In this document: positions 9,490-18,972 of the stretch, piece by piece | How the letters are laid out: each line of letters begins with the position of its first letter | Numbering within the stretch: the stretch's first letter is position 1 | Source of the DNA: a bacterium | GTDB taxonomy: Bacteria > Zhuqueibacterota > Zhuqueibacteria > Residuimicrobiales > Krinioviventaceae | NCBI GenBank assembly: GCA_963675755.2 | Contig: CAXXMD010000002.1 | Location: 768,001 to 832,000 of the forward strand | Length of the DNA stretch: 64,000 nt | Direction: 5' to 3' | Notes under the pieces: model-generated | Told to the model about the DNA's origin: nothing | Database searches by the model: none | Seen by the model: the letters and a program-made list of their open reading frames with translations, nothing else | Translations under genes and position numbers: made by a program

Positions 9490-10716
9490 CTAGTGATCAC
9501 ATACATTGTCACCGGTTTCAAGTGTATCATTGACATGGCTGGTTACCAGATTTTCAGGAGTATCAACAGATGCTCCGGTAATGACATGCACATTTTTCTC
9601 TTCAAATAAACTTTGTGCACGTTGTCCCATTCCCCCGGCAATGATAGTATGTACTTGATTTTCATGACACCATTCCGGTAATACACCCGGTTCGTGAGGT
9701 GGTGGATTCAAAACCTTAGTTTTAACAATTTTATTCTCATTTTTATCAAAATCAATAAAGGCAAATTTTTCACTATGACCAAAATGCATACACAATTTTC
9801 CATCACTTATAGGAATTGCGTAACGAACAATGTTTTCTGGCAAAGGTTCAATTGATTTTTTTTCTTCTTTTGGAGCGACATTTTCCGGTAATTCATCACC
9901 CAAAGCGTTTACCATCTTTTCAATAATTGCCTGGATCTTTTTAGCAGTTTCAGATTTGTTGTAAAAATATATATAAGGCCTGCCTTCATCGCTGGCAGTT
10001 ACAATATCCGGTTCTAATGGGATCTGGCCTAAAAAGTTAACGCCCATATCTTGGGCCATTTCTTCACCGCCACCGGATTTAAAGATATCGATTTTGTCAT
10101 GACAATGCGGACAAACAAATCCACTCATATTTTCAATAACACCCAAAACAGGCAGATTTACTTGCTCACAAAAACTGATTGATCTTCTCACATCAGATAC
10201 GGCAATATCCTGAGGAGTAGTTACTACAATAGCGCCTGTAGCATTTTTAATAATTTGAACAACAGATAAAGGCTCATCACCTGTTCCCGGAGGACAATCA
10301 ATTATTAGAAAATCAAGATCACCCCAATCAACATCTTTGATGAGTTGCTGTATAGCCCCCATTTTCATGGGACCGCGCCAAATAACGGCATCATCATTAT
10401 TTTTCAAAAGCATTCCCAGTGATACAACTTTTAAATTGTTACCATATTTCATGGGAATCAATCCGTTTTCATCGGATTGCATTTTATCGTTGTCTAAACC
10501 TAATAATTTTGGAATACTGGGACCATGAAAATCAACATCCAGCAAGCCTGTTTTATATCCATCGAGGCCCAGTGAAATAGCAAGATTGGCTGCAACAGTA
10601 CTTTTGCCTACTCCACCCTTACCAGATAAGACCAGTATTTTGTGTTTAAATCTTTCCAGTGTTTTTTCAATTTCAATTTGTTCTAATACTCTGTCAGGAT
10701 TTTGTTCATGATTCAT
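9490..10716 (-). CDS. Mrp/NBP35 (ApbC) Fe-S carrier ATPase fused to a C-terminal NifB/NifX-like domain
   Basis: SGKGGVGKST, WRGP, DCPPGTGDE, ENMS..CPHC; C-terminal HFGHS...PPPHEPG...GGMG...CDH. Confidence 0.9.
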   Translation of the reverse strand: MNHEQNPDRVLEQIEIEKTLERFKHKILVLSGKGGVGKSTVAANLAISLGLDGYKTGLLDVDFHGPSIPKLLGLDNDKMQSDENGLIPMKYGNNLKVVSLGMLLKNNDDAVIWRGPMKMGAIQQLIKDVDWGDLDFLIIDCPPGTGDEPLSVVQIIKNATGAIVVTTPQDIAVSDVRRSISFCEQVNLPVLGVIENMSGFVCPHCHDKIDIFKSGGGEEMAQDMGVNFLGQIPLEPDIVTASDEGRPYIYFYNKSETAKKIQAIIEKMVNALGDELPENVAPKEEKKSIEPLPENIVRYAIPISDGKLCMHFGHSEKFAFIDFDKNENKIVKTKVLNPPPHEPGVLPEWCHENQVHTIIAGGMGQRAQSLFEEKNVHVITGASVDTPENLVTSHVNDTLETGDNVCDH

Positions 10717-10733
10717 AATATTTTATCCCTGCT

Positions 10734-11606
10734 TCAATTTGAATAGTTGAGTGATTTTAATACAGAATCCCATATGGATTTATATATATCAGTTAATTGT
10801 TTATTGCCATATTCAATAATACTTTTTCCCGCTTTTTGTGCAGAAAGTATATCGGTGTGATATGGTATTTTTCCAGCAATTTTTATTCCGTTTTCCTGAC
10901 AAAAATTATAAATTTTGCCAGAAAGTTCATAGTTTATATCATATTTGTTTATTACTACCAATGGATATACACCAAAATGCTTTACAAGTTCCAAAACTCT
11001 TTTCATATCATGTATTGCGGATAATGTAGGTTCAGTTACAACAAGAGCAATATCAGCACCCCCAAGAGAAGCTATAACCGGACAACCGGTTCCTGGTGGC
11101 CCATCTGTCAGGATTAATGAACAATCACTTTCTTCGCACACTTTTTTGGCTTCATTTCTAACCAAGGTAACCAGTTTACCCGAATTTTCTTCACCGGGTT
11201 CAAGCTGGGCATGAATAAATGTAAGACCTTGTTTTGAACTTGACTGGTACCATTCGCCATTTATTCTTTCTTTGAAATTTATTGCATCTGATGGACAATT
11301 CCAAACACAAACACCGCAGCCCTCACAGGCCAATGGATCGACAGCGAAATCAGAGGTAATTGCATTGAATCTACAAACCTCCTGACATCTACCACATTCA
11401 GTACATAGCGATTTATCTATTTCAGCGGTTTTACCGCCGGAAAAAGAATATATTTTTTGATTAGATGGATTCAACAATAAAAACAAATCCGGAGCATCAA
11501 CATCAGCATCAGCAAGTACTGCATTACTTATTAATGAAGCAAAAGCGCCTGTTACAGAAGTCTTGCCCGTACCACCTTTACCGCTTATTATTATTATTTC
11601 TTTCAT
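10734..11606 (-). CDS. MinD-like P-loop ATPase with inserted 2x[4Fe-4S] ferredoxin domain
   Basis: SGKGGTGKT, DADVDAPDL, two CxxCxxCxxxC motifs, DGPPGTGCP. Confidence 0.88.
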   Translation of the reverse strand: MKEIIIISGKGGTGKTSVTGAFASLISNAVLADADVDAPDLFLLLNPSNQKIYSFSGGKTAEIDKSLCTECGRCQEVCRFNAITSDFAVDPLACEGCGVCVWNCPSDAINFKERINGEWYQSSSKQGLTFIHAQLEPGEENSGKLVTLVRNEAKKVCEESDCSLILTDGPPGTGCPVIASLGGADIALVVTEPTLSAIHDMKRVLELVKHFGVYPLVVINKYDINYELSGKIYNFCQENGIKIAGKIPYHTDILSAQKAGKSIIEYGNKQLTDIYKSIWDSVLKSLNYSN

Positions 11607-12448
11607 GATTTCAATCTATTTTCTATTTGTTCAAATAATTTAAGGAACGAAAGTTTAAATGCAGGAATTGTATGAATTAACAATTCACCTTTCGAATACA
11701 ACTCGGCAATGGTTCTGTCAAGGGGTATCTTTATATGGATCGGAATATCATTTTCATAAGCATAATTCTTGACATCTGGATAATTGGTATCGCTTTTGTT
11801 CAATACAATTCCAAAGGGGATGTTTAATTTTTTTACAACCTTAACCGCAAGTTTTAGGTCATTGAATCCAAATGGAGAATCTTCTGCAACGAGAATGATA
11901 TAATCCGCATCCCTCATTGCTTCAACAGCCGGGCAGGCAGTACCGGGAGGAGAATCAATTATATTAATTGCATTATTATCAATATGCTCTTTAACTGCAT
12001 TAATTACAGGAGGTGATTTTGCTTCACCAATTGTTAGTAATCCGGATACAACTTTGATAGAACCACTTTTTCCGGATTTTACAATACCTGTGGCATGTTC
12101 ACGCTCCGTTATAGCATTCTCAGGACATGCAATTGTGCAGCCTCCACAGGCATGGCACAATTCAGGAAAAACCAAAACCTGTTTCCCAAAAACAGAAATT
12201 GCATTAAACTCGCAAACCTGACCGCATTGATTACACAAATTACATTTCTGGTGATCAATAGCAGGAACCAACAGATTTACAGGACTCTCTGATTCTACCA
12301 GAGAATTCATAAATATGTCAACATTGGGGGCTTCTACATCACAATCCAAAAGCCGTACTTGTTGTTTTTCATCCAACACAGCTGCAAGATTGGTTGATAC
12401 AAGTGTTTTACCTGTCCCCCCTTTACCGCTAGCAATTACTATATTCAT
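11603..12448 (-). CDS. MinD-like P-loop ATPase with inserted 2x[4Fe-4S] ferredoxin domain (paralogue)
   Basis: SGKGGTGKT, DCDVEAPN, CNLCNQCGQVC, CHACGGCTIACP, DSPPGTACP. Confidence 0.88.
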   Translation of the reverse strand: MNIVIASGKGGTGKTLVSTNLAAVLDEKQQVRLLDCDVEAPNVDIFMNSLVESESPVNLLVPAIDHQKCNLCNQCGQVCEFNAISVFGKQVLVFPELCHACGGCTIACPENAITEREHATGIVKSGKSGSIKVVSGLLTIGEAKSPPVINAVKEHIDNNAINIIDSPPGTACPAVEAMRDADYIILVAEDSPFGFNDLKLAVKVVKKLNIPFGIVLNKSDTNYPDVKNYAYENDIPIHIKIPLDRTIAELYSKGELLIHTIPAFKLSFLKLFEQIENRLKS

Positions 12449-12457
12449 ATGTAATAT

Positions 12458-12676
12458 TTACCTTTGTCTCTTCATTTTTACACCACAATCAGGACATTCG
12501 GTTTCCGAACAAGGTACACCACGTTGATGAGTAATCATTTTTCCACAAGCAGGACAAATACAATTACCTTCAGAACCAGCAAATTTTCCTTTACTACCTC
12601 CGGAATTACCCATTCTTTTACCCTGTCCTTTTCCTTGAGTACCAGAAACAGGCCCGGTACCATCACCATTTGGCAT
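12458..12676 (-). CDS. small Gly-rich DUF5320-like protein with Cys-rich metal-binding tail
   Basis: MPNGDGTGP start; CICPACG...PC....CPDCG; RBS gaggag. Confidence 0.75.
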   Translation of the reverse strand: MPNGDGTGPVSGTQGKGQGKRMGNSGGSKGKFAGSEGNCICPACGKMITHQRGVPCSETECPDCGVKMKRQR

Positions 12677-12694
12677 TTCATGCTCCTCGGTTAT

Positions 12695-13057
12695 TTATAC
12701 CCAATGACCTTCTACATCAGCATCAGATGCCAATTCCAATTTATTTTCATTAAACGCATTCAAGGCATCTTGAACTGTACCTTTAATTCCGGTGTATATC
12801 TTGACCTCTGCTGCATTCAAAGCACGAAACGCTTTCGGTCCACAATGACCGGTTAATAAAACATCAGCATGTAGATCCGTTACATGTTTAGCAGCTTGAA
12901 TGCCTGCACCAGAAGGAGTATTTAATACCTGATCATTATCTGCAAACTCTAGAGTGTTATTCTCGGTATCATAAATCACAAAACCTTTTGCCCTTCCAAA
13001 ACGTTCATCTACAGAGCTTGACAAGTCTGAACCGGTACTTGTAATTGCAATCTTCAT
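12695..13057 (-). CDS. NifB/NifX-family (dinitrogenase FeMo-cofactor biosynthesis-like) protein
   Basis: MKIAITS, RFGRA, GAGIQAA, TGHCGPKA motifs. Confidence 0.88.
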   Translation of the reverse strand: MKIAITSTGSDLSSSVDERFGRAKGFVIYDTENNTLEFADNDQVLNTPSGAGIQAAKHVTDLHADVLLTGHCGPKAFRALNAAEVKIYTGIKGTVQDALNAFNENKLELASDADVEGHWV

Positions 13058-13068
13058 AATAATAACCT

Positions 13069-13443
13069 TTATTTTAAATCTTTAATTTTTTCAATAAAAT
13101 CATTCAATGCTGTCTGGTGGCTTTTCAAAGTTTCAAACCATAGCATTAAATTATCTCTGCCATTTTGTGTAATTGTATAGAGTCGTTTTGCTGGTCCAGA
13201 ACCGGATGTATCCCACTCTGATTCAACCATTTTATTATCTTCCAGATGCCTGAGCATTCTGTAAATAGCACCAGGATCAGCAGTTTCATCAAAAAAGCCA
13301 ACAGTAGGTAAATCATTCATCAATTCATATCCATGACGGGAATGTTCCCACAATAAATATAAAATTGAAGGTTCAATCCAACGTGCTCGTCTTCCACGAT
13401 AACATCCACATCCTGTTGCATCTCTATTGGAAAAATTATTCAT
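13069..13443 (-). CDS. PadR-family transcriptional regulator
   Basis: HGYEL, PGAIYRMLRHLE, W...SGPAKRLYTITQNG. Confidence 0.9.
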   Translation of the reverse strand: MNNFSNRDATGCGCYRGRRARWIEPSILYLLWEHSRHGYELMNDLPTVGFFDETADPGAIYRMLRHLEDNKMVESEWDTSGSGPAKRLYTITQNGRDNLMLWFETLKSHQTALNDFIEKIKDLK

Positions 13444-13450
13444 TAATACC

Positions 13451-13473
13451 TCTATATGTAATTTACATATAGA
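13451..13473. promoter_or_regulatory. putative PadR operator
   Basis: Perfect 11-1-11 inverted repeat TCTATATGTAA-T-TTACATATAGA next to the padR RBS; minus-strand TTGACA at 13496-13501. Confidence 0.7.
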
Positions 13474-13533
13474 AGTTAATACAATATATATTACATGTCA
13501 AGTTATTTTTATTAATACAACAATAATTAAAAC

Positions 13534-13562
13534 TTGACAGTTTGAGGTCTATTTAGTATACT
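13534..13562 (+). promoter_or_regulatory. sigma70-type promoter of hldA-gmhB
   Basis: TTGACA-N17-TATACT. Confidence 0.7.
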
Positions 13563-13583
13563 AGATAAAAATTTGGAAATGAT

Positions 13584-14579
13584 ATGAAAAAATACAACGC
13601 TCGACAGGTTGCAAAATTTATAAAAAAAATGCAGCAACAGCATATTCTGGTCATTGGCGATATTATGCTGGACCAGTTTATTTGGGGCAAAGTCAGCAGA
13701 ATATCCCCTGAAGCTCCTGTTCCTGTTGTTCAGGTAACCAATGAATCTGCATATCCTGGCGGTGCAGCGAATGTAGCCAGAAACCTGGTTCAATTTGGCA
13801 TCCAATCTACAATGTGTGGTATTATTGGCCAGGATATTAACGGCAAAAAACTGCTGGGTAATTTAAAAACCTCGGGAATTGCTACCGATGGCATTGCTGC
13901 TGTTCAGGATTATGAAACAATTGTAAAAACCCGTATCATTGCCAAACATCAGCAGGTTGTTAGAGTAGATCGTGAATCCAGTTATCAAATTCCACAAGAA
14001 CAACTAAATAACCTGATTAAAAAAATTGAAAAAATAATCCCTACTGTTTCAGCAATTATTATTGAAGATTACGGTAAAGGTTTTATAACTCAGGATTTTG
14101 TTGATTCAGTTATTAAAATTGCAGCTGATAATAAAAAAATCATAACTATTGATCCCAATCCACAAAATCCATTGATTTGGGAAGGCGTTACACTTGTTAA
14201 ACCGAATCGTTCAGAAGCATATGCTGCTGCAGGTGTTCCCCTGGATGAATCAAGAGATACCTTGTTAAAAGTAGGTGATATTTTACTGGAGAAATGGAAA
14301 ACCAACCTGCTATTAGTTACGCTAGGTGAAGAGGGATTAATACTTTTTCAAGCAGGCTATCCCCCCTTTCATACTCCTACAAAAGCAATTGAAGTTTATG
14401 ATGTATCTGGTGCGGGTGATACGGTTATTGCATTTTTCACCTCTGCACTTGCAGCTGGACTTAACAGTTATGAAGCTGCTCAATTAGCAAACCATGCTGC
14501 CGGTGTTGTTGTAGGCAAAGTGGGAACTGCAACCCTAACAATTGAAGAACTTTTGGCAAGTTTCGAGCGCGATGCATAA
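13584..14579 (+). CDS. hldA: D-glycero-beta-D-manno-heptose-7-phosphate kinase (RfaE domain I / HldA)
   Basis: GDIMLD, RISPEAPVPV, GGAANVA, DYGKG, DVSGAGDT motifs; no adenylyltransferase domain. Confidence 0.9.
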   Translation: MKKYNARQVAKFIKKMQQQHILVIGDIMLDQFIWGKVSRISPEAPVPVVQVTNESAYPGGAANVARNLVQFGIQSTMCGIIGQDINGKKLLGNLKTSGIATDGIAAVQDYETIVKTRIIAKHQQVVRVDRESSYQIPQEQLNNLIKKIEKIIPTVSAIIIEDYGKGFITQDFVDSVIKIAADNKKIITIDPNPQNPLIWEGVTLVKPNRSEAYAAAGVPLDESRDTLLKVGDILLEKWKTNLLLVTLGEEGLILFQAGYPPFHTPTKAIEVYDVSGAGDTVIAFFTSALAAGLNSYEAAQLANHAAGVVVGKVGTATLTIEELLASFERDA

Positions 14580-15114
14580 AGCAATATTCTGGGACAGAGA
14601 CGACACACTCGTATACGATGTACCTTATAATGGGGACCCATCAAGAGTAAAGCTTTTACCCAATACCGTAAAAGCATTAACACTATTGCATACATTTAAT
14701 TTTAAACAATTTATTATAACAAACCAATCTGGCGTTGGCAGAGGTATTATCACTAAAGACCAGGTTCTTTCTGTTAATAAGCGATTGCTTGAATTATTGG
14801 GAACAAATCTTATACAGGGGATATATTGTTGTTATGATGATCCCGCAAATCCATTGGAAAATTGTCGTAAACCCTCTCCTCAAATGATCTACAAAGCAAG
14901 AGATGAACACAATCTTTCGCTTAGCTCCTCTTTTGTTATTGGTGACAAGATTGCAGATATTCAGGCCGGGCATAGTGCCAACTGCAGAAGCATTTTAAAA
15001 CTTATTGATTACAAAAATGCAGATCAAGCTAAAGCAAAACTTGAAGCAGATTATGCATCTACCAATTTGTTAAAAATTGCTGAATGGATCATCAATTTTG
15101 AAACAAGTAACTAA
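14572..15114 (+). CDS. gmhB: D,D-heptose-1,7-bisphosphate phosphatase (HAD IIIA)
   Basis: Start MHKAIFWDRDDT overlapping the hldA stop; TNQSGVGRG, CRKPSP, IGDKIADI motifs. Confidence 0.85.
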   Translation: MHKAIFWDRDDTLVYDVPYNGDPSRVKLLPNTVKALTLLHTFNFKQFIITNQSGVGRGIITKDQVLSVNKRLLELLGTNLIQGIYCCYDDPANPLENCRKPSPQMIYKARDEHNLSLSSSFVIGDKIADIQAGHSANCRSILKLIDYKNADQAKAKLEADYASTNLLKIAEWIINFETSN

Positions 15115-15235
15115 TTTCTCTTGCTTTTTATTTTGTAATTCCTTAACCTACATTGTTCATTAGGGAAAAATTTGTATGCTAACCAGACGTTTATTCTGTT
15201 CTTAATCATGAAGTAAACCATTAGAGAGGTGCGGC

Positions 15236-16579
15236 ATGAAATTACAATTAATGCGTATTGTATTTTTATTGTTAATTTCTATATCGTTAACTCTGGGCCA
15301 AACTGCTGGCGAAGAGGCTCTGGGATCACGTTCTTACGACGATTATGAAAATCCCAAAGCTTGCTATAGCTGCCATGTAGATATTTATATGCAGTGGACC
15401 CAGGCAATGATGTCTCAGGCGTATACACATCACTGGGATGAAATCGAATATTTTGACCTCGCTGTAGCACATGCAGAGGTTGATCCAAGTTTCAAAGGTC
15501 CGGTAGATGGCTGTAATGGCTGCCATACACCTATGGCATTCCTGGCCGGCGATGTAACTCCTCCCCGTCCGTCTGAAAATACCCGAGCGAACGAAAGTGT
15601 GCATTGCGATATTTGCCACACAATTACAGGATTTAAAGACGAACCCAATTTTAATTTCAACTTTTATTCAGATCCTGGCAGGACAAAATATGGTACAAAA
15701 CCTGGTCTTGTTTCGCCTCACCATGTTACCCAAGCCAAAGACATTTATGGAGAAGCTAAATTCTGTGGAGCTTGCCATAATGAAAAAAACCCGGTAGGAA
15801 TTTGGGTTAAATCAACCCAGCTTGAGTGGGAAGATGGTCCCTATTCTAAAGAAGGTGTACCTTGTCATCAATGTCATATGCCAAAAGCGTTGGGCAAAAA
15901 TGCTAAAATGTCAGAAGAAAGTATGGTTGCTCAACATCTGTTCCATGGCGCACATGATCCCGGTAAAGTTGGCGGTGTAATTGAATTGCGCATTCATCCC
16001 GAACAACGGGAATATGAATACGATGAAAAAGTAGTTGTCAAAGTACAGTTATTTAACGGCAAAGCAGGACACAAAGTACCAACAGGTTCAGTTGAAGACC
16101 GCATCATGTGGCTGCATGTAACAGCCACAGACGAAAACGGTAAAGTGTATCATTTACCCGTTGACCAAAAGGGATTTGATGGTGAAGAATACACCATTGC
16201 TTCTGATGAACTTGCATATGTTGATATGGGTATCCCTAAAAAAGATCCTAATTTCAAAGGTGTTCAAAGAGATGGCGTACCCATTGGTGATAGAATTTTT
16301 AGAATGCCCTATTTTGATAAAAATGGCATTATGACAATCATGCAATGGAACACAGCTTCATTGGGTGTAGATTATCGTATTGGACCAAGAGAAACCAAAA
16401 TTGAAACTTTTACCTGGCAAATGCCAGAAGATATTCCTCTTGGCAAGATTACATTCAAAGCCGAGTTAAATTATCAAAAACTGGTAAAACCCGTTGCAGA
16501 TTATTTAGGGGTTCCGGAAGAAGAAAGTGAAATAGTTCCGGTTAACCAGGCATTAACCTGGATTGAAATTTACGACTAA
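15236..16579 (+). CDS. periplasmic pentaheme cytochrome c (cytochrome c554-like N-terminal domain)
   Basis: Signal peptide; five CxxCH motifs (CYSCH, CNGCH, CDICH, CGACH, CHQCH); C-terminal beta-rich domain with NGKAGHKVPTG. Confidence 0.88.
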   Translation: MKLQLMRIVFLLLISISLTLGQTAGEEALGSRSYDDYENPKACYSCHVDIYMQWTQAMMSQAYTHHWDEIEYFDLAVAHAEVDPSFKGPVDGCNGCHTPMAFLAGDVTPPRPSENTRANESVHCDICHTITGFKDEPNFNFNFYSDPGRTKYGTKPGLVSPHHVTQAKDIYGEAKFCGACHNEKNPVGIWVKSTQLEWEDGPYSKEGVPCHQCHMPKALGKNAKMSEESMVAQHLFHGAHDPGKVGGVIELRIHPEQREYEYDEKVVVKVQLFNGKAGHKVPTGSVEDRIMWLHVTATDENGKVYHLPVDQKGFDGEEYTIASDELAYVDMGIPKKDPNFKGVQRDGVPIGDRIFRMPYFDKNGIMTIMQWNTASLGVDYRIGPRETKIETFTWQMPEDIPLGKITFKAELNYQKLVKPVADYLGVPEEESEIVPVNQALTWIEIYD

Positions 16580-16590
16580 GGAGAATCAAC

Positions 16591-17766
16591 ATGAAAAAAT
16601 TTGCAGGATTAATAATTGCTGTAATCCTAATGGCATTTATCGTTCAGGATGCCAGTGCAATACCAGCATTTGCCAGACGTTACAAACTTTCTTGTAATAC
16701 CTGCCATAGCCCTATACCAAGATTAAAACCATACGGCGATGAATTTGCTGGAAATGGTTTTATTCTCAAAGAAGAAGAAAAAGAACGTGACTATATTACT
16801 GCCGGTGACGATATGTTGTGGCTGAACAAAGACTTTCCCGTAGGTGTTCGGTTTGATGCATATGCACAATATGATCAGGATCAGGATGTTGACAAAGATC
16901 TCCAATCTCCATGGGGAATAAAATTATTGTCCGGTGGTACAGTCTATAAAAATATCGGTTACTATTTCTATTTTTACATGTCGGAACGCGGTGAAGTTGC
17001 GGGCATTGAAGATGCATATTTACATTTTGATAATGTTGGTGGCTCTCAATTAGATATTTTGGTTGGTCAGTTTCAAACATCAGATCCATTAATGAAACGC
17101 GAACTCCGCCTCACATTTGAAGATTATGTGATTTACAAAACAAGTATTGGTAGTTCAAGTACAAACCTGGCTTATGACCGAGGTGTTATGTTTATGTATG
17201 GTCTTGAGCAAACAGGAACAGATATTATTGCTATGGTTGTTAACGGTAATGGTAAAGATGAAGCCGGAGACGATAAAAAATTTGATAATGATGCAAATAA
17301 AAATTTAGGATTCAGAGTATCTCAAGGTATTGGAGAACTCGTATCCATTGGTGGATACTATTATTTGGGTAAAGAAACCATGCTGAATTATCTGGATGAT
17401 AAGTTTGAAAACGAAATCACATACATTGGTGTTGATGGCAATATGACTGTGGGACCCTTGGCTTTTACAGGGCAATGGCTCAGACGTAAAGATACCAATC
17501 CTTATTTTGCGTATACTGGTATGGAATATGAAGGTGAAGGTATAGTAGCTGAGCTTGTTATTTCACCACAGCTTGATCGTTCTCGTTTTTATCTTACAGC
17601 ATTATATAATCGCATAGATCATGATATTGATGCGTATGATTACCAAACAGCAACATTAAGCGGAACCTATCTTGTTGCACGTAATCTGCGTCTAATAGCT
17701 GAATACACTCGTGATCTGGAGCTTGATAAAAACAGAGTTACAATTGGTATGGTAAGTGGATTTTAA
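16591..17766 (+). CDS. Cyc2-like monoheme cytochrome c fused to an outer-membrane porin
   Basis: Signal peptide, then AIPAFARRYKLSCNTCHSPIPRLKPYGDEFAGNGF (Cyc2-type N-terminus), amphipathic beta-strands and a terminal Phe. Confidence 0.82.
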   Translation: MKKFAGLIIAVILMAFIVQDASAIPAFARRYKLSCNTCHSPIPRLKPYGDEFAGNGFILKEEEKERDYITAGDDMLWLNKDFPVGVRFDAYAQYDQDQDVDKDLQSPWGIKLLSGGTVYKNIGYYFYFYMSERGEVAGIEDAYLHFDNVGGSQLDILVGQFQTSDPLMKRELRLTFEDYVIYKTSIGSSSTNLAYDRGVMFMYGLEQTGTDIIAMVVNGNGKDEAGDDKKFDNDANKNLGFRVSQGIGELVSIGGYYYLGKETMLNYLDDKFENEITYIGVDGNMTVGPLAFTGQWLRRKDTNPYFAYTGMEYEGEGIVAELVISPQLDRSRFYLTALYNRIDHDIDAYDYQTATLSGTYLVARNLRLIAEYTRDLELDKNRVTIGMVSGF

Positions 17767-17788
17767 AAAGTATTTAAATACAAGATGC

Positions 17789-17822
17789 AAAAAAAAAGCG
17801 GGATTCTCTCCCGCTTTTTTTA
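17789..17822. terminator. bidirectional intrinsic terminator
   Basis: A9-gcggga-N5-tcccgc-T8 between convergent genes. Confidence 0.85.
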
Positions 17823-18959
17823 TTAATAGAGTGACCTTAGTATTACTTTTTGTATTCTAAGAATTCCATCCTGTTTTGAATGAAAAATTGCAATCTTTCC
17901 AGGCCTTACCATTTGAGTATAGGTTTGTTTATAAACACTCATCCCCACAACTTTGGCTTCAAGATAACGGCTTGAAGAAATAATTTGATAAAATGTCCAG
18001 GGGTATGGCCAATACGGACCCACATCCCATGCTTTATCTTTTGAAGTAGAATTTACTAACGCCATTGTTCCCGGATGGTCATAGAAATCAATCCGATAAC
18101 CCGGATCATAGCTTTCATTCCATCGGACATAAAAAGCACCCTTGCGTGGATTTTTTAGATCATTTTCAACATATGCCTGAAAATAAAAATCTTCATAGTC
18201 CTTGTCGGTTACAAGCCAGCCATCACCACCAGAACCAACGATCATATTGTCTACAACATCCCATTCTGCATAACCATATTGCACCCAATTTGATAAATCT
18301 TTGCCATTGAAAAGTTGGACTTCATTAACCGGGGGTGCAGGTAAGCGCTTGACCCAAATATTTTTAAATTCTACAGGATCACCATGATTTTGCAAACCAA
18401 TGGGTCCGCTCCGCAATCTGAATTTTGTATACATATCAGATTCAAAGTTGTATTCCTGTACCATAACATCATTTAACCAGACAGTACACATGGGCCAATC
18501 AAATCGAATATGATAACGGTTCCATTCTCCTGCCGGTTTTTCCGCAATTGCCATAGCTGGAGAAACATCATAAATAGAACCCGTAGTATGTAAAAGATCA
18601 GGATTGCTGTTGTGAATTTGAATTTCAAATCCCAACCTAGACTCTCTTCCAGACATGGGAACATGAAACAAAATGCCACTGTTATGTCCTTTTGCAATTT
18701 TGAAATCTGCATAAAAGTCAAAGTTGTTGTAGGATTCCAGTGTTTTAATAACATAAGGTACACTGGGTTTACCTAAACATTTGATAATGCCATCCTTTAC
18801 AATCCATCGACCACTATCAGGTTCTATATTCCATCCGGTAAAATCTTTACCATTAAACAAGGATTTATATCCAGGGCCTGGTGCACCCCCCGGCCAATCT
18901 GATGCAAATAAAAGGTTTGATAATAATATCAGTACCACCACAAGAAGCATTTTTTTCAT
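17823..18959 (-). CDS. secreted tandem DUF1080 (3-keto-disaccharide hydrolase-like) protein
   Basis: Start MKKMLL with signal peptide; two LFNGKD..GW/NW repeats; NSGI, EIQI, GEWN, GPIGLQNHG..VEFKNIWV motifs. Confidence 0.85.
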   Translation of the reverse strand: MKKMLLVVVLILLSNLLFASDWPGGAPGPGYKSLFNGKDFTGWNIEPDSGRWIVKDGIIKCLGKPSVPYVIKTLESYNNFDFYADFKIAKGHNSGILFHVPMSGRESRLGFEIQIHNSNPDLLHTTGSIYDVSPAMAIAEKPAGEWNRYHIRFDWPMCTVWLNDVMVQEYNFESDMYTKFRLRSGPIGLQNHGDPVEFKNIWVKRLPAPPVNEVQLFNGKDLSNWVQYGYAEWDVVDNMIVGSGGDGWLVTDKDYEDFYFQAYVENDLKNPRKGAFYVRWNESYDPGYRIDFYDHPGTMALVNSTSKDKAWDVGPYWPYPWTFYQIISSSRYLEAKVVGMSVYKQTYTQMVRPGKIAIFHSKQDGILRIQKVILRSLY

Positions 18960-18972
18960 AGCATATTCCTTT

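Noticed and set aside
12464-12856. 130 aa plus-strand ORF and the many other short antisense or alternate-frame ORFs in the track
   Set aside because: They overlap well-supported genes and show no motifs or RBS; treated as shadow ORFs.
9490-13057. Nitrogen fixation genes
   Set aside because: Only NifX-like domains are present; no nifHDK or nifEN. The cassette is common in non-diazotrophs.
16591-17766. Proof that the organism oxidises iron
   Set aside because: Cyc2-like N-termini occur in many organisms not known to oxidise iron; the sequence alone cannot give substrate or direction.
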